In this document: positions 17,958-27,895 of the stretch, one piece after another
Layout: each line of letters starts with the position of its first letter
How positions within the stretch are numbered: position 1 is the stretch's first letter
Source of the DNA: Dehalococcoidia bacterium
GTDB taxonomy: Bacteria; Chloroflexota; Dehalococcoidia; Bin125
NCBI GenBank assembly: GCA_965232875.1
Contig: OZ247431.1
Span: 1,110,273-1,174,272 of the forward strand
Direction of reading: 5' to 3'
Length of the DNA: 64,000 bases
Position numbers and translations under genes: made by a program
The notes under the pieces: model-generated
Database searches by the model: none
What the model saw: only the letters and a program-made list of their open reading frames with translations
What the model was told of the DNA's origin: nothing

Positions 17958-18754
17958 TGCCGTCCCAGCTCTTCCGCTCGTTGATGTGCCGCAGCCACTG
18001 CGTCGATGAACGCTGCGCGCACCCCCTGTTGTTCCAGCACTCTCAGACCGGCAGCGGTCGTGCCGCCGGGAGAAGTCACCATATCCTTCAGCACCGCCGG
18101 ATGTTGCCCCGACTGCGACGCAAACTCGCCCGAACCGATCACAGTCTGTAACACCATCCGCCGCGCGTCGTCAGGACGCAGACCAATATGCACCGCAGCA
18201 TTGATCATCGCTTCGATGACCAGAAACACATACGCCGGACCGCTGCCAGAAACAGCCGTGATCTTGTCAATCGCCGACTCGTCCACGACATAGAGTTGCT
18301 CACCCATCGTGTCGAGTAGTTGGCTGACCAACGCCAGCTCATCCTCTGTCACGCCTTCGGTGGCCGTCCAGGCGGTGAATCCCTTGCCAACCTGAGCCGG
18401 AGTGTTAGGCATCGCCCGAACCACACGGTCGGTGCCGGTTGACGCCTGCACGTCGGCAATCGTGGAGCCGGCCAGGATCGAGATCACCAGCTTGGCGTGC
18501 GTGCCTCCCGTGCTGTTCAGCGAGCGAAGATCCTGCGGTTTGACCGAGAGATAGACAACCTCACCACCGTTGACCGCTGTGGCCTGGTCGCCGGTCACCG
18601 AGATACCGCTGAATTCGCCTTCCAGCCAATCCCGGCGCTCGGGCAGGACTTCGCAGACGGTGAGATCGCTCATCGAGACCAGGCCTGCGCTGGTTACGGC
18701 GCGTACAAAGGTCGCGCCCATCGTGCCGCCGCCGATCACGGCAATCTTGGTCAT
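17954..18754 (-). CDS. proC: Pyrroline-5-carboxylate reductase
   Basis: IAVIGGGTMGATF Rossmann motif; P5CR family similarity. Confidence 0.9.
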   Translation of the reverse strand: MTKIAVIGGGTMGATFVRAVTSAGLVSMSDLTVCEVLPERRDWLEGEFSGISVTGDQATAVNGGEVVYLSVKPQDLRSLNSTGGTHAKLVISILAGSTIADVQASTGTDRVVRAMPNTPAQVGKGFTAWTATEGVTEDELALVSQLLDTMGEQLYVVDESAIDKITAVSGSGPAYVFLVIEAMINAAVHIGLRPDDARRMVLQTVIGSGEFASQSGQHPAVLKDMVTSPGGTTAAGLRVLEQQGVRAAFIDAVAAAHQRAEELGRQ

Positions 18755-19443
18755 GCCGGACCTCCGGCCTGAGTCTCTCGTTGGCCGAAAATCGCGCGTC
18801 CGATTCGGACCATTGTGGAACCTTCCGCGATGGCTACAGCGTAATCGTTGGACATACCCATGCTGAGTTCAGGAAGCGTCAACTCTTCGGCAAGCGCTCG
18901 CAGTTTGCGAAAGATGGGACGCACCTCTTCCGCGTCCGAGACCTCGGGCGCCACAGTCATCAGTCCAACTACTCTCAAATTTGAGAGTAGTTGGATGCTT
19001 GCCAGTGCATCCCTCACTTCTTCGAGCTTGAACCCATACTTTGACGGCTCTTCCGCCACATTCACTTCCAACATCACTCTCAAGTCACTCTCAAGCCTAC
19101 TCGAAACTGCCTGCGCTAGACGCACACTGTCGACCGATTGCACCGTCGCAAAACGACCGGCAAATCGCGCCTTGTTGCGCTGCAAGTGACCGATCAAGTG
19201 GATTTCAGCTTCGACGCCAAGATCGGGCAACTGGTCGAGTTTGGCCAGACCTTCCTGCACTCGATTCTCGCCGAAGTGCCGCTGTCCGGCCGCTGCCGCC
19301 TCGGCGATGGCTTCAACCGGAAACGTCTTCGAGACAGCGATCAGTTGCACATCGGACGGGTCGCGACCGGCTCGTGCGCAGGCGCTGTCGATCTGCTCAT
19401 GGACTCGACGCAGATTGTCCGCGATCGACACCTCAGACTCCAA
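18751..19443 (-). CDS. yggS: YggS-family PLP-binding protein (PLP homeostasis)
   Basis: VSKTFPVEAIAEAAAAGQRHFGENRVQE signature. Confidence 0.85.
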   Translation of the reverse strand: MESEVSIADNLRRVHEQIDSACARAGRDPSDVQLIAVSKTFPVEAIAEAAAAGQRHFGENRVQEGLAKLDQLPDLGVEAEIHLIGHLQRNKARFAGRFATVQSVDSVRLAQAVSSRLESDLRVMLEVNVAEEPSKYGFKLEEVRDALASIQLLSNLRVVGLMTVAPEVSDAEEVRPIFRKLRALAEELTLPELSMGMSNDYAVAIAEGSTMVRIGRAIFGQRETQAGGPA

Positions 19444-21196
19444 CGACAGCTTCCGCAGTTACGGTTTCCAGCGGCACGATGGTTGGAGAGTAGGAGGGAA
19501 TCTCGTTGCCGCCGCAGACGCCGCACATGTTGCAGCCAATCTCGGGCGGCGGGCAGGCGATGGTCGCTTTCTCGCGCAGGTGCTTGGACAGCTCGCGCTC
19601 GAAAAAACGAGCGGTGATGCCCGTTTCCACAGCCGACCACGGACCAGGACCACCACCCCAGGGCAACGGACCGTCGAGATTCCATTCCCCGGCGGCTCGC
19701 ATCCACTCGCGAGCCGAAGGCGCTTCCATCTCGAGGATTGCGTGCGCCAGACGTTGGTCGGAGCGAGAGCAGATGTCGTCGATCCGTGCCCAGGTCGGAC
19801 TGTCGCCGCGCAGCCGGATGCCGGTCTTGCGGAAGGCGTTCTGCAGAATCTGTTGGCGATGCTTGACCAGCCCGGCTTCGGACTGGACAAGTTCCTGGTA
19901 AGCGGTCGCCGGTTTGGGAACGAGCGGACCGACCGACATCACCAATTCGGTTCCGTGACCGTGGGCGTCGAGCCGTTCCTTGACGGCAAGTCCGAGATTG
20001 GCCATCGCCTCCACATCTTCGTCCTCTTCGTCGGGCAGCCCGATCATGAAGTAGAGCTTGAGCCGATTTATCGCCGCCGCGCCGACTTTGTCGGCCGCCT
20101 CGATGATCTGGTCTTCCGAGACGGCCTTGTTGATCCGCTGGCGCATCCGCTCCGATCCAGCCTCGGGCGCGAGCGTGACGGTCCGCGTGCCACCACGCGA
20201 GAGCACGTCCAGCAGCTCGGGCGCGAGATTGTCGACGCGCAGCGACGATACCGACACACGACCGCCGAGCTTGTCCGCCTTGATGGCGAGCTCGGCCAAT
20301 TGCGGATGGTCGGCGACGGCTGCGCCCAGCAGTCCAACCCGATCGGTGCGCTTCAGGCCTTCTTGTACCTGGTTCATCAGCGATTCAAGCGGTCGGTATC
20401 GAGGCGGTCGGAAGACATAGCCGGCGATGCAGAATCGGCAACCACGTCCGCAACCGCGCGCGGCTTCGATCAAGGTCATCTGGTTGAACTCGGTCTCGTC
20501 GGTGAGCACCAACGACATCGCCTCGGTCGTTGAGATGTCGCGCACCCATTGTCGCTCGACACCGTCGCCCGACCCCAGGGCCGGCACAAACACGCCGGGA
20601 ATCCTGGCCAGCGCCTCGATCTGATCGGCGCGCGGACTGTATGCGTACTCCTGCAGCGTGTCGATCAACTCTTCGAGAATCGGCTCCGCTTCGCCGATCA
20701 CGAATGCATCAAAGCAGTCCGCTAGCGGCAACGGGTTGGTAATGACGGCAGCGCCGCCGGCAATGATCAGCGGATCGCCGTCGTCGCGGTTGATGCTGAG
20801 CGGCTCAATCTGCGCTGCCTGCAGAGATCGCACGACGTGGTAGTAGTCGATCTCATAGGTCAGCGTGTAGGCGACCACGGGAAAGTCGGCCAGGGGTCGC
20901 TGCGACTCAATCGTCACCGGACCCAGTAACGGGTCGTCGCCGCGTTCGGACTTGTGCGGCGGATCGTAGAAAGCGCGTTCGCAGACAATGTCGCTGCGAT
21001 TGTTCAGCAGGCCATACAGGGTCTGCAACCCCAGATTCGACATGCCCAGGTAGTAGCTATTGGGATAGACCAGCGCCAAAGGCAGCCGGCCGCCCCAGTC
21101 CTTGACTACGGCACCCTGTTCGGCGTCCAGACGTTGACGAGCCAGCGAGATCGTGCGCGAGAGATTGCGTTTAGCCATTGTCGCCAGTGTAGGCAT
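19433..21196 (-). CDS. B12-binding-domain radical SAM protein (TIGR03960-like)
   Basis: CxxxCxxC motif CGRGCRFCIAGY. N-terminal B12-binding-like region. 587 aa. Confidence 0.8.
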   Translation of the reverse strand: MPTLATMAKRNLSRTISLARQRLDAEQGAVVKDWGGRLPLALVYPNSYYLGMSNLGLQTLYGLLNNRSDIVCERAFYDPPHKSERGDDPLLGPVTIESQRPLADFPVVAYTLTYEIDYYHVVRSLQAAQIEPLSINRDDGDPLIIAGGAAVITNPLPLADCFDAFVIGEAEPILEELIDTLQEYAYSPRADQIEALARIPGVFVPALGSGDGVERQWVRDISTTEAMSLVLTDETEFNQMTLIEAARGCGRGCRFCIAGYVFRPPRYRPLESLMNQVQEGLKRTDRVGLLGAAVADHPQLAELAIKADKLGGRVSVSSLRVDNLAPELLDVLSRGGTRTVTLAPEAGSERMRQRINKAVSEDQIIEAADKVGAAAINRLKLYFMIGLPDEEDEDVEAMANLGLAVKERLDAHGHGTELVMSVGPLVPKPATAYQELVQSEAGLVKHRQQILQNAFRKTGIRLRGDSPTWARIDDICSRSDQRLAHAILEMEAPSAREWMRAAGEWNLDGPLPWGGGPGPWSAVETGITARFFERELSKHLREKATIACPPPEIGCNMCGVCGGNEIPSYSPTIVPLETVTAEAVVGV

Positions 21197-21314
21197 GTGA
21201 TCCGTTGCAACGTTGTTCCAACAATGTCAGACCAGCAGATCGCACCGACCTTCAGGCGGCAATCTCTGTCACACCTCCCGCCGACCACCGTCATACCACT
21301 ACCAACCACCGTCA

Positions 21315-21327
21315 CCCCCCCCCCCCC
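21315..21327. repeat. Homopolymeric C13 tract in the moaB/radical-SAM intergenic region, adjacent to CCGTCAT-type hairpin repeats
   Basis: GTCACCCCCCCCCCCCCGCC. Flanked by ACCACCGTCA direct repeats and the hairpin CCGTCATACCCGCGCTTGCCGCGGGTATCTCG (21328-21359). Confidence 0.7.
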
Positions 21328-21473
21328 GCCGACCACCGTCATACCCGCGCTTGCCGCGGGTATCTCGCCGCGTTCTCTACGACCGTTGAGCACACGTCGA
21401 GATTGCCGCGCCGGAGCGCGGCAATGACGGATCCTGCTGGCCTTGTCTCAACAGCCGCTTGTTTATCGCTGCG

Positions 21474-21971
21474 TCAGTGCTCAGTGTCGCCACCGATGAG
21501 TTGCAGCGCGTGAGGCAGGACTGGCGCCAGCGCGTCCAGATTCTCCCGAACTGCTCGCTCGGAGCCGGGCAGATTGACAATCAACGTTCGACCCGCGATC
21601 CCACAGAGGCCACGCGACAACGCAGCCATCGGCGTATTGCGTAGACCCTCGGCCCGCATCAGTTCGGCCAGGCCGGGCGCGTCCCGCTCGATCACACGAC
21701 GCGTCGCCTCGGGCGTGTTGTCGCGGGGGCCGAAGCCGGTGCCTCCCGTGGTCACGATCAGGCTGATTCCATCGGCGACCCATTGACGAAGCCGCCCCAC
21801 GGTTGCGTCCGGGTCGTCCGACTGGATGGCATGGTCACTGACCGTGATGCCCATGTCCGCCAATCGCTCTCGGATGGCAGGTCCTGAGGTGTCCTCCCGC
21901 CGGCCCGCAGCGCCCTGATCGGAGAGGGTGAGGACAGCAGCCTTGAAATTCCGTGGACTGGTTTGCGACAT
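21474..21971 (-). CDS. moaB: Molybdenum cofactor biosynthesis protein MoaB/MogA family
   Basis: LIVTTGGTGFGPRD motif, 165 aa. Confidence 0.8.
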   Translation of the reverse strand: MSQTSPRNFKAAVLTLSDQGAAGRREDTSGPAIRERLADMGITVSDHAIQSDDPDATVGRLRQWVADGISLIVTTGGTGFGPRDNTPEATRRVIERDAPGLAELMRAEGLRNTPMAALSRGLCGIAGRTLIVNLPGSERAVRENLDALAPVLPHALQLIGGDTEH

Positions 21972-22231
21972 GTCGGCTGTTCTATCTGGTTGTTCTGAGT
22001 TTCTCAGTCGAAGTTATCCACATTATCCACCACTGGTGACATCTCTTGAGGGCCTGATCCGCCAATTTTGTGGACCAATTTCGTTCCCATTCGGGAACTG
22101 GGATCGATTTCCCTGAGTTTGGCCTTGAAATCTCTTCCATAATGTGCATACAGTGCGTTATCGGCAGACAGATGGGGACAAATGGGAATCGCGGCATAAC
22201 GTGAACAGGAAGGGCACACAGGGCTTCAATC

Positions 22232-22702
22232 GTGGCGACGATCGACTTCACAGGGGAGTACGAACATCGGCTGGACGACAGAGGTCGTCTGGCGATTCCG
22301 TCCCCGTATCGGGGTCTGTTCGAGCACGGTGGATTCCTGTTGCCGGGACCGGACGGGCAGATCGAGCTCTACACCCCCGAGGCATACGCCGCAGAGAAGC
22401 AAGTGCGGACCGTGGACGACAAGCTGAGCGCCTCGGCCAGACGACTGGCGCGCAGCTTCTTCGGACGAGTGCGACGAGTGGAAACCGACCGCCAGGGACG
22501 GATCCTGATTCCGCCGCAGATGCGCCAGGAACGCGATCTCAACGGCGACACCGTGATCATCGGCATGGGCGACTACCTGGAAATCTGGAATTCCGAGGCC
22601 TGGCACAGCGAACAGGCAGAAATCGAGGAGGGCTACGCGGAACTGCTCCAGCAGCTCGCCGAGGCAGCCGCAGCTCCCAACAGTTCAGAGGAGTCAGCGT
22701 GA
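22232..22702 (+). CDS. mraZ: Transcriptional regulator MraZ
   Basis: Duplicated DxxGR motif (DDRGRLAIP...DRQGRILIP). First gene of the dcw cluster. Confidence 0.9.
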   Translation: MATIDFTGEYEHRLDDRGRLAIPSPYRGLFEHGGFLLPGPDGQIELYTPEAYAAEKQVRTVDDKLSASARRLARSFFGRVRRVETDRQGRILIPPQMRQERDLNGDTVIIGMGDYLEIWNSEAWHSEQAEIEEGYAELLQQLAEAAAAPNSSEESA

Positions 22703-23616
22703 CTTCTCAGCATCAGCACATCTCTGTCATGGTGGACGAAGTCTTGGCCGCGCTCGACGTCAAGTCGGGCGGTCGCTACCTCGACGCTACGGTCGGACTG
22801 GGCGGCCACGCCGAAGCATTGCTGAACGCTTCCGGCGCTGATGGCCGATTGCTTGGCTGCGACGCCGACCCAAACGCGATTGCCGCAGCTTCGAAGCGTC
22901 TGGCTCCGTTCGGCGATCGCGTCAGCCTCCAGCAGTGTTGGCTGGATGACGCCGCGAACGCCGCAACCGATGCTTCGATTGCGCCATTGGACGGCGTGCT
23001 CTGCGACCTCGGCGTCTCTTCACTACAACTTGATACGCCGGAACGGGGATTCTCCTTCCAAACTGAGGGTCCGTTGGATATGCAGTTGGGCCCGTCCGAG
23101 ATTGCCGGCGCTTTCGACACTTCTGACCGCGCGACTGCCGACGAGATCGTCAACGAGTGGTCATCCGACGACCTGGCCAACCTGATCTACGAATACGGCG
23201 AAGAGCGCCGCTCTCGCCGAATTGCGCGAACGATTGTGGCGCGACGCCCAATCGCGACGACTACCGAACTAGCTCAGGCCGTGGTCGATGCCGTCGGCAT
23301 CCGACCGGGCGCGAGGATTCATCCCGCGACACGCGTCTTCCAGGCAATCCGCCTTGAGGTCAACCGCGAACTCGAACACCTGGCGACGTTCCTGTCGCAG
23401 GTGCGCGGCGTGATGCGTCTGGGCGGGCGGCTGGTCGTAATCGCGTTCCACTCGCTCGAGGACCGCATTGTCAAGCGATTCCTGCGGGAACAGCCGTCGA
23501 GCGCTACGCCGGCGTTCCGCACCTTGACTCGACGAGTACTACGGCCAACAACGGCTGAAGTCGAACGAAATCCACGGGCGCGCAGCGCGCGCCTACGAGC
23601 AGCGGAGGCAATCTGA
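22699..23616 (+). CDS. rsmH: 16S rRNA m4C1402 methyltransferase RsmH (MraW)
   Basis: GTG start overlapping the mraZ stop, with GAGGAG 6 nt upstream. HISVMVDEVL...DATVGLGGHAE signature. The track ORF 22144..23616 is a 5' over-extension. Confidence 0.9.
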   Translation: MTSQHQHISVMVDEVLAALDVKSGGRYLDATVGLGGHAEALLNASGADGRLLGCDADPNAIAAASKRLAPFGDRVSLQQCWLDDAANAATDASIAPLDGVLCDLGVSSLQLDTPERGFSFQTEGPLDMQLGPSEIAGAFDTSDRATADEIVNEWSSDDLANLIYEYGEERRSRRIARTIVARRPIATTTELAQAVVDAVGIRPGARIHPATRVFQAIRLEVNRELEHLATFLSQVRGVMRLGGRLVVIAFHSLEDRIVKRFLREQPSSATPAFRTLTRRVLRPTTAEVERNPRARSARLRAAEAI

Positions 23617-24067
23617 TGCCACGGCTGCAATACCAGGCAAGTACGGAACGAGAAGAACAGGAGCGACCGGAGCGTCGGGAGCACGCTCGGAAATCGTTGA
23701 GCGGATCGTGTGCAGGGGACTACCTAACAGTCACTACAGTGAAGGAGAAGCCCCGCCGCCAAACCACTGGATCACGGTTGCGCGTGGCCCTGGGCCATGA
23801 CGATCGTGGACCACGTCCCCCCGTCTGCGCGCACGATCCGCTCAACGATTTCCGAGCGCTTTCACACCAGAGGCTGGTGTGTGCATCCCACTTTACGTCG
23901 AATTGGCGTCACCGACGCCGAAAACTCCGAACTTTCCGTAACCAATCCAATGCTCCGACGTTGACGCCACTGACTGGCTCAATCGAGCACGTCCCTTGCC
24001 TACGCGGCGTCCCCTTCATTGGCGACTCCGAGTCGCGCGGAACTTCCCGACGCCGAACGGCGTTTCG

Positions 24068-24580
24068 ATGACAACGGCGAAACCCAGCACGACGCTCGAT
24101 GCGTCCTTGCCCACCTCGGCGGCGAGTGACTCTCACCATGCGCTTCCCCGGCCCGTCCTGCCGCGCCGGCCTCGCTATACGGGCCGCATGCCCGCCTGGG
24201 CCTGGCTGGCCGTCTTCGGACTTTGCATCGCGGCAACGTTACCGGTCATCCGCACGTCGGGTGTAACCGAAAGCGGAAGCGAACTGCGAATCCTGGAAGC
24301 GGAACGCGAGCGCCTGAACTCTGAAATCCGATCCCTCGCGGCGCATGTCGGGCAACTTGGCTCGTTGGCGCGAGTCAAGCACCAGGCGGAGGAGCGACTC
24401 AACATGGTTCCCGCCCGCCCGACCTCCGTGCTGGAAGTCGAACAACCACCGCCCGCTCGCACGTTGCCGTCGCGATTCTTACCGCCATCGGACACGGCCA
24501 ACGCTGGGCTCACCGACTCCACGCCTATGGCCGACCAGTCAATCTGGGGCGCGATCTTTGACGTGCTGATCTTCGAGTAA
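24068..24580 (+). CDS. ftsL: FtsL-like cell division protein (single TM plus coiled coil)
   Basis: TM WAWLAVFGLCIAATLPVI followed by a leucine-rich coiled coil. Sits at the FtsL position between rsmH and ftsI. Start uncertain (24068 or 24188). Confidence 0.45.
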   Translation: MTTAKPSTTLDASLPTSAASDSHHALPRPVLPRRPRYTGRMPAWAWLAVFGLCIAATLPVIRTSGVTESGSELRILEAERERLNSEIRSLAAHVGQLGSLARVKHQAEERLNMVPARPTSVLEVEQPPPARTLPSRFLPPSDTANAGLTDSTPMADQSIWGAIFDVLIFE

Positions 24581-24605
24581 GTGGTGATGCGGAAAGGACA
24601 GGGCA

Positions 24606-26534
24606 GTGGCGAGTCCGTCCTCGGGCAGCGGATTTGAGTCTGTTTCCACGTGGCGGATGGGCGTGGTCATTGCCCTGCTGGTTGGACTTGCGGTCGTCGT
24701 CGTAGTCCGCCTCGTGATGATCCAGGTGATCGATCACGAGCAACACGAAGCCTTCGCCGACCGGACATGGGCGATCGAAACTAAGGGGCCACGCGGAGCA
24801 ATCCTTGACCGCAACGGCTTCCCGCTGGCGACTTCAATCGACGCCTGGGAAGTACACGTCGATACGCGACTCTGGGCCCGCTCGCAGTTCCAACCGACAG
24901 ATGCTTCACGACGCCTGGCCGAGTTACTCCGCGCACCAGAGGCGGTCGTCCTGTCGCTGGCCGCGCAAGCAGCCGCCGAGGGCGGCCACGACGCCCTGAT
25001 CGCATATGGGCTGTCAAACGCCCTCGGCGCACAGATACACGCCGAGGCCCTGCACGGGGTGCAGGTTCGCAAGAACTCGTCCCGTCGCTACATCGAAGGT
25101 TCAATGGCCGCGCCCGTGATCGGTCTGGTCGGACGTGACGAGCAAGGTCTGGCCGGCATCGAGTACGAACTGGATGGCCTACTGGCCGGAGAAGCAGGCT
25201 TACTCGTCCAGGAAGTGGACGGCCTGGGACAGCCGATCCCGTTTGGCCCCCGCGCTGAACTGCCCTACGAGCAAGGCGCATCGGTGGTGCTGAGCATCGA
25301 CCGCAACCTGCAGTGGATCGCGGAAACCACGTTGCTCCATGCCGTCGAGCAGTGGGACGCGCGAGGTGGTCACATCATCATGATGGACCCGCGCAACGGC
25401 GACATCCTCGCGCTGGCCTCGTTACCGACCTACAACCCGTCAACCATCGACCTTGACTTGCCGGAGTCGATGGCACTGCTCCGTTCGCGCGCTGCCTCAG
25501 ATATCTACGAGCCCGGCTCGACCATGAAGGTCATCACGATGGCCGCGGCCATCGATGCGGGCATCGTCTCTCCCAATACAACGTTTGTCGATACCGGCGC
25601 TGTGGTGGTCGGCGACCGCACGATTCAAAACTTCGACCTCTCGTGGCACGGCGAACAGACCATGACTCAGGTGTTGCAGCGGTCGCTCAACACGGGAACC
25701 GTCTGGGTCGTGCAACAGCTCGGCGCCCGCACCTATTACGAATACCTGTACAAGTTTGGGTTCGGAGAGACGACCCATTCCGGACTGCCAGGCGAAATCG
25801 GCGGCGTTGTGACTGATTCGACCGACATCACCTGGTCGCCGGCGCAATTGGCGACAAACTCCTTCGGCCAGGGCATCGCCGTGACGCCCCTGCAGGTCGT
25901 GCAGGCCTATGCGACTATTGCCCGAGGCGGCGTCCCGATCCGTCCACGCCTGGTCACTGCGGTGATCACTAACGACGGCGTCGAGCTGATCGAGCCGCAT
26001 ACCGAACCACGCGCCATCAGCCGTGAGACGGCTGCCACGATGACCTGGATGATGCAGGCCGTCGTCGACGGCGTCACCTGGCACCCCGCACAGGTGGATG
26101 GATGGCCGGTCGCGGGCAAGTCGGGCACCTCGGACGTCGTTGAGGGTGGTCAGTACCTGGAGAACGAATCCCTGGCGTCGTTTGCCGGATTCGCACCCGC
26201 CAACGATCCCCGAGTCGTGGTCCTCGTCCGCATCGACCGACCGCAGGGTGAGATCTACGGCGGAATCGTCGCGGCGCCCATTTTCTCTGACTTAATGGCT
26301 CAGGTCCTGCCATATCTTGGTGTGCCTCCGACGGCCTACATCGCCGATGCCGATGCCTGGAACACCGCCCCCAATCCCGCCTCCGACAGCGACACCGCAG
26401 CAGTGGACGACAACGGCGATCAAGGCGCACTGACGGCAAGCTTGGACGAAGAATCCGAGGACTCAGAAGACGCCTCCCCTGTGACATACCTCCAGGAGGA
26501 TGCCGAGGATGAAGACGAGGAGGATGACGAGTGA
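24606..26534 (+). CDS. ftsI: Penicillin-binding protein / peptidoglycan transpeptidase FtsI
   Basis: N-terminal TM, STMK (SxxK), SLN, KSGT motifs. Acidic C-terminal tail. Confidence 0.9.
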   Translation: MASPSSGSGFESVSTWRMGVVIALLVGLAVVVVVRLVMIQVIDHEQHEAFADRTWAIETKGPRGAILDRNGFPLATSIDAWEVHVDTRLWARSQFQPTDASRRLAELLRAPEAVVLSLAAQAAAEGGHDALIAYGLSNALGAQIHAEALHGVQVRKNSSRRYIEGSMAAPVIGLVGRDEQGLAGIEYELDGLLAGEAGLLVQEVDGLGQPIPFGPRAELPYEQGASVVLSIDRNLQWIAETTLLHAVEQWDARGGHIIMMDPRNGDILALASLPTYNPSTIDLDLPESMALLRSRAASDIYEPGSTMKVITMAAAIDAGIVSPNTTFVDTGAVVVGDRTIQNFDLSWHGEQTMTQVLQRSLNTGTVWVVQQLGARTYYEYLYKFGFGETTHSGLPGEIGGVVTDSTDITWSPAQLATNSFGQGIAVTPLQVVQAYATIARGGVPIRPRLVTAVITNDGVELIEPHTEPRAISRETAATMTWMMQAVVDGVTWHPAQVDGWPVAGKSGTSDVVEGGQYLENESLASFAGFAPANDPRVVVLVRIDRPQGEIYGGIVAAPIFSDLMAQVLPYLGVPPTAYIADADAWNTAPNPASDSDTAAVDDNGDQGALTASLDEESEDSEDASPVTYLQEDAEDEDEEDDE

Positions 26535-27895
26535 TCTCCTCCAGCGACCTCGCCCGTCTCCTCTCGGAACGCCTGCTCAATGAGCCTCAGGTCAGCGACG
26601 AGTCCTTCTCGGAGATCGTCGCTGACTCGCGAGAGGCCGGCCGGGGATCACTCTTTGTCGCGCTGCGCGGTGAGACACAGGACGGCCACCAATTCGTCGA
26701 AGATGCGCTCCGTCGCGGAGCCTCAGCCGCGCTCGTCTCAAAAGCATCGGGACTGCGTGGTGGGTCGTTGTTCGTCGTCGAGGACCCGCTGTCTGCATTG
26801 CAAGAGGCCGGTCGCCGTTGGCGAACGCAGTGCTCGGCGCAGGTGATCGGCATCACCGGCAGCGTGGGCAAGACGACTGTCCGCGAGTCCACGTACCAGC
26901 TCCTGTCGCAACACTTCCCCACGCACCAGTCTCCGCGCAACTTCAATGGCGACATCGGCCTGCCCATCGCTCTACTCGGTATCGCCCCCGAGGATCGATG
27001 GGCGGTCATTGAGATCGGACCGTACTCCCAGGAAGAAATGGAGCTGCTGGTCTCGTCGGCTAGGGCCGACATTGGAATCGTCACCAACGTGGGGCCGACC
27101 CATCTCGAACGGTTCGGCACGCTGGACGACACTGAACGGATCAAGGGGCTGCTGCCCGAGTCCATTCCCTCGGAAGGCCTGGTCATCCTCAACGGAGACG
27201 ATCCGCGAGTCCGCCGCATGTCGCTCCGAACCCAGGCCGATGTCGTCACATTTGGATTCAACCAACACTGCGACCTGCGCGTGTCTGACGTACAGGTTCG
27301 TGGGTTCGACGGCCTCAATTTCTTGCTCCAAGACACGCGTAACAACAAACAGGCGAGGGTCAGCACGCCCCTGATCGGCGCGCACCAGGCGATGACCGCG
27401 CTGGCCGCTACCGCTGTTGGTTTGCGCGCTGGTCTCTCGCTCGACCATCTCGCCGAGTCATTGGGTCGCCTCCAGCCAGGTTCCCGACTGGCCCGACGTA
27501 CCGCCTGGAATGGCGCAACGATCATCGACGACGCCTACAACGCCGCGCCACTCTCGATGCAAGCAGCTCTCGATCTGCTGTCCGCCAGCAAGCCGCGGCG
27601 CATCGCCCTGCTCGGCGACATGTACGAACTGGGCACACAAGAGCGCCAGGCGCATAGGGAACTCGGTGCATACGCCGCCGAGAAATGCGACTGGCTGATC
27701 GGCGTCGGAGAGCGATCGCGCGACGTGGTCGAGGCGGCTCGACTGGCCGGACACTCCGAGGCCTGCTGGGTCGCCGAGGCGGAGCAGGCGGCCGACATCA
27801 TGCGGCACTCGCTCGAACCTACCGACACCTTGCTAGTCAAAGCCTCGCACGCGATGCGCCTCGAACGAGTCGTGGAGAGGTTGGCCCAACAGTGA
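26531..27895 (+). CDS. murF: UDP-MurNAc-tripeptide--D-Ala-D-Ala ligase MurF
   Basis: ITGSVGKTT, NGDIGLPIALL, DDAYNAA, GDMYELG and C-terminal LVKASH match MurF rather than MurE. 454 aa. Confidence 0.85.
   Translation: MISSSDLARLLSERLLNEPQVSDESFSEIVADSREAGRGSLFVALRGETQDGHQFVEDALRRGASAALVSKASGLRGGSLFVVEDPLSALQEAGRRWRTQCSAQVIGITGSVGKTTVRESTYQLLSQHFPTHQSPRNFNGDIGLPIALLGIAPEDRWAVIEIGPYSQEEMELLVSSARADIGIVTNVGPTHLERFGTLDDTERIKGLLPESIPSEGLVILNGDDPRVRRMSLRTQADVVTFGFNQHCDLRVSDVQVRGFDGLNFLLQDTRNNKQARVSTPLIGAHQAMTALAATAVGLRAGLSLDHLAESLGRLQPGSRLARRTAWNGATIIDDAYNAAPLSMQAALDLLSASKPRRIALLGDMYELGTQERQAHRELGAYAAEKCDWLIGVGERSRDVVEAARLAGHSEACWVAEAEQAADIMRHSLEPTDTLLVKASHAMRLERVVERLAQQ

Noticed and set aside
22144-23616. 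Track ORFs with far-upstream alternative starts (22144 for rsmH, 27685 for mraY, 51230..53038 for purC, 30124 for ftsW, 34990 for ddl, 48625 for the PEPM-family gene)
   Set aside because: The upstream extensions overlap the preceding gene in another frame or encode low-complexity sequence. Conserved N-termini and RBS positions support the downstream starts used in the feature table.
23616-24071. 151-aa ORF in the rsmH-ftsL spacer
   Set aside because: Extremely Arg-rich with no TM segment or domain and no RBS. Likely non-coding; the spacer itself is flagged as a finding instead.
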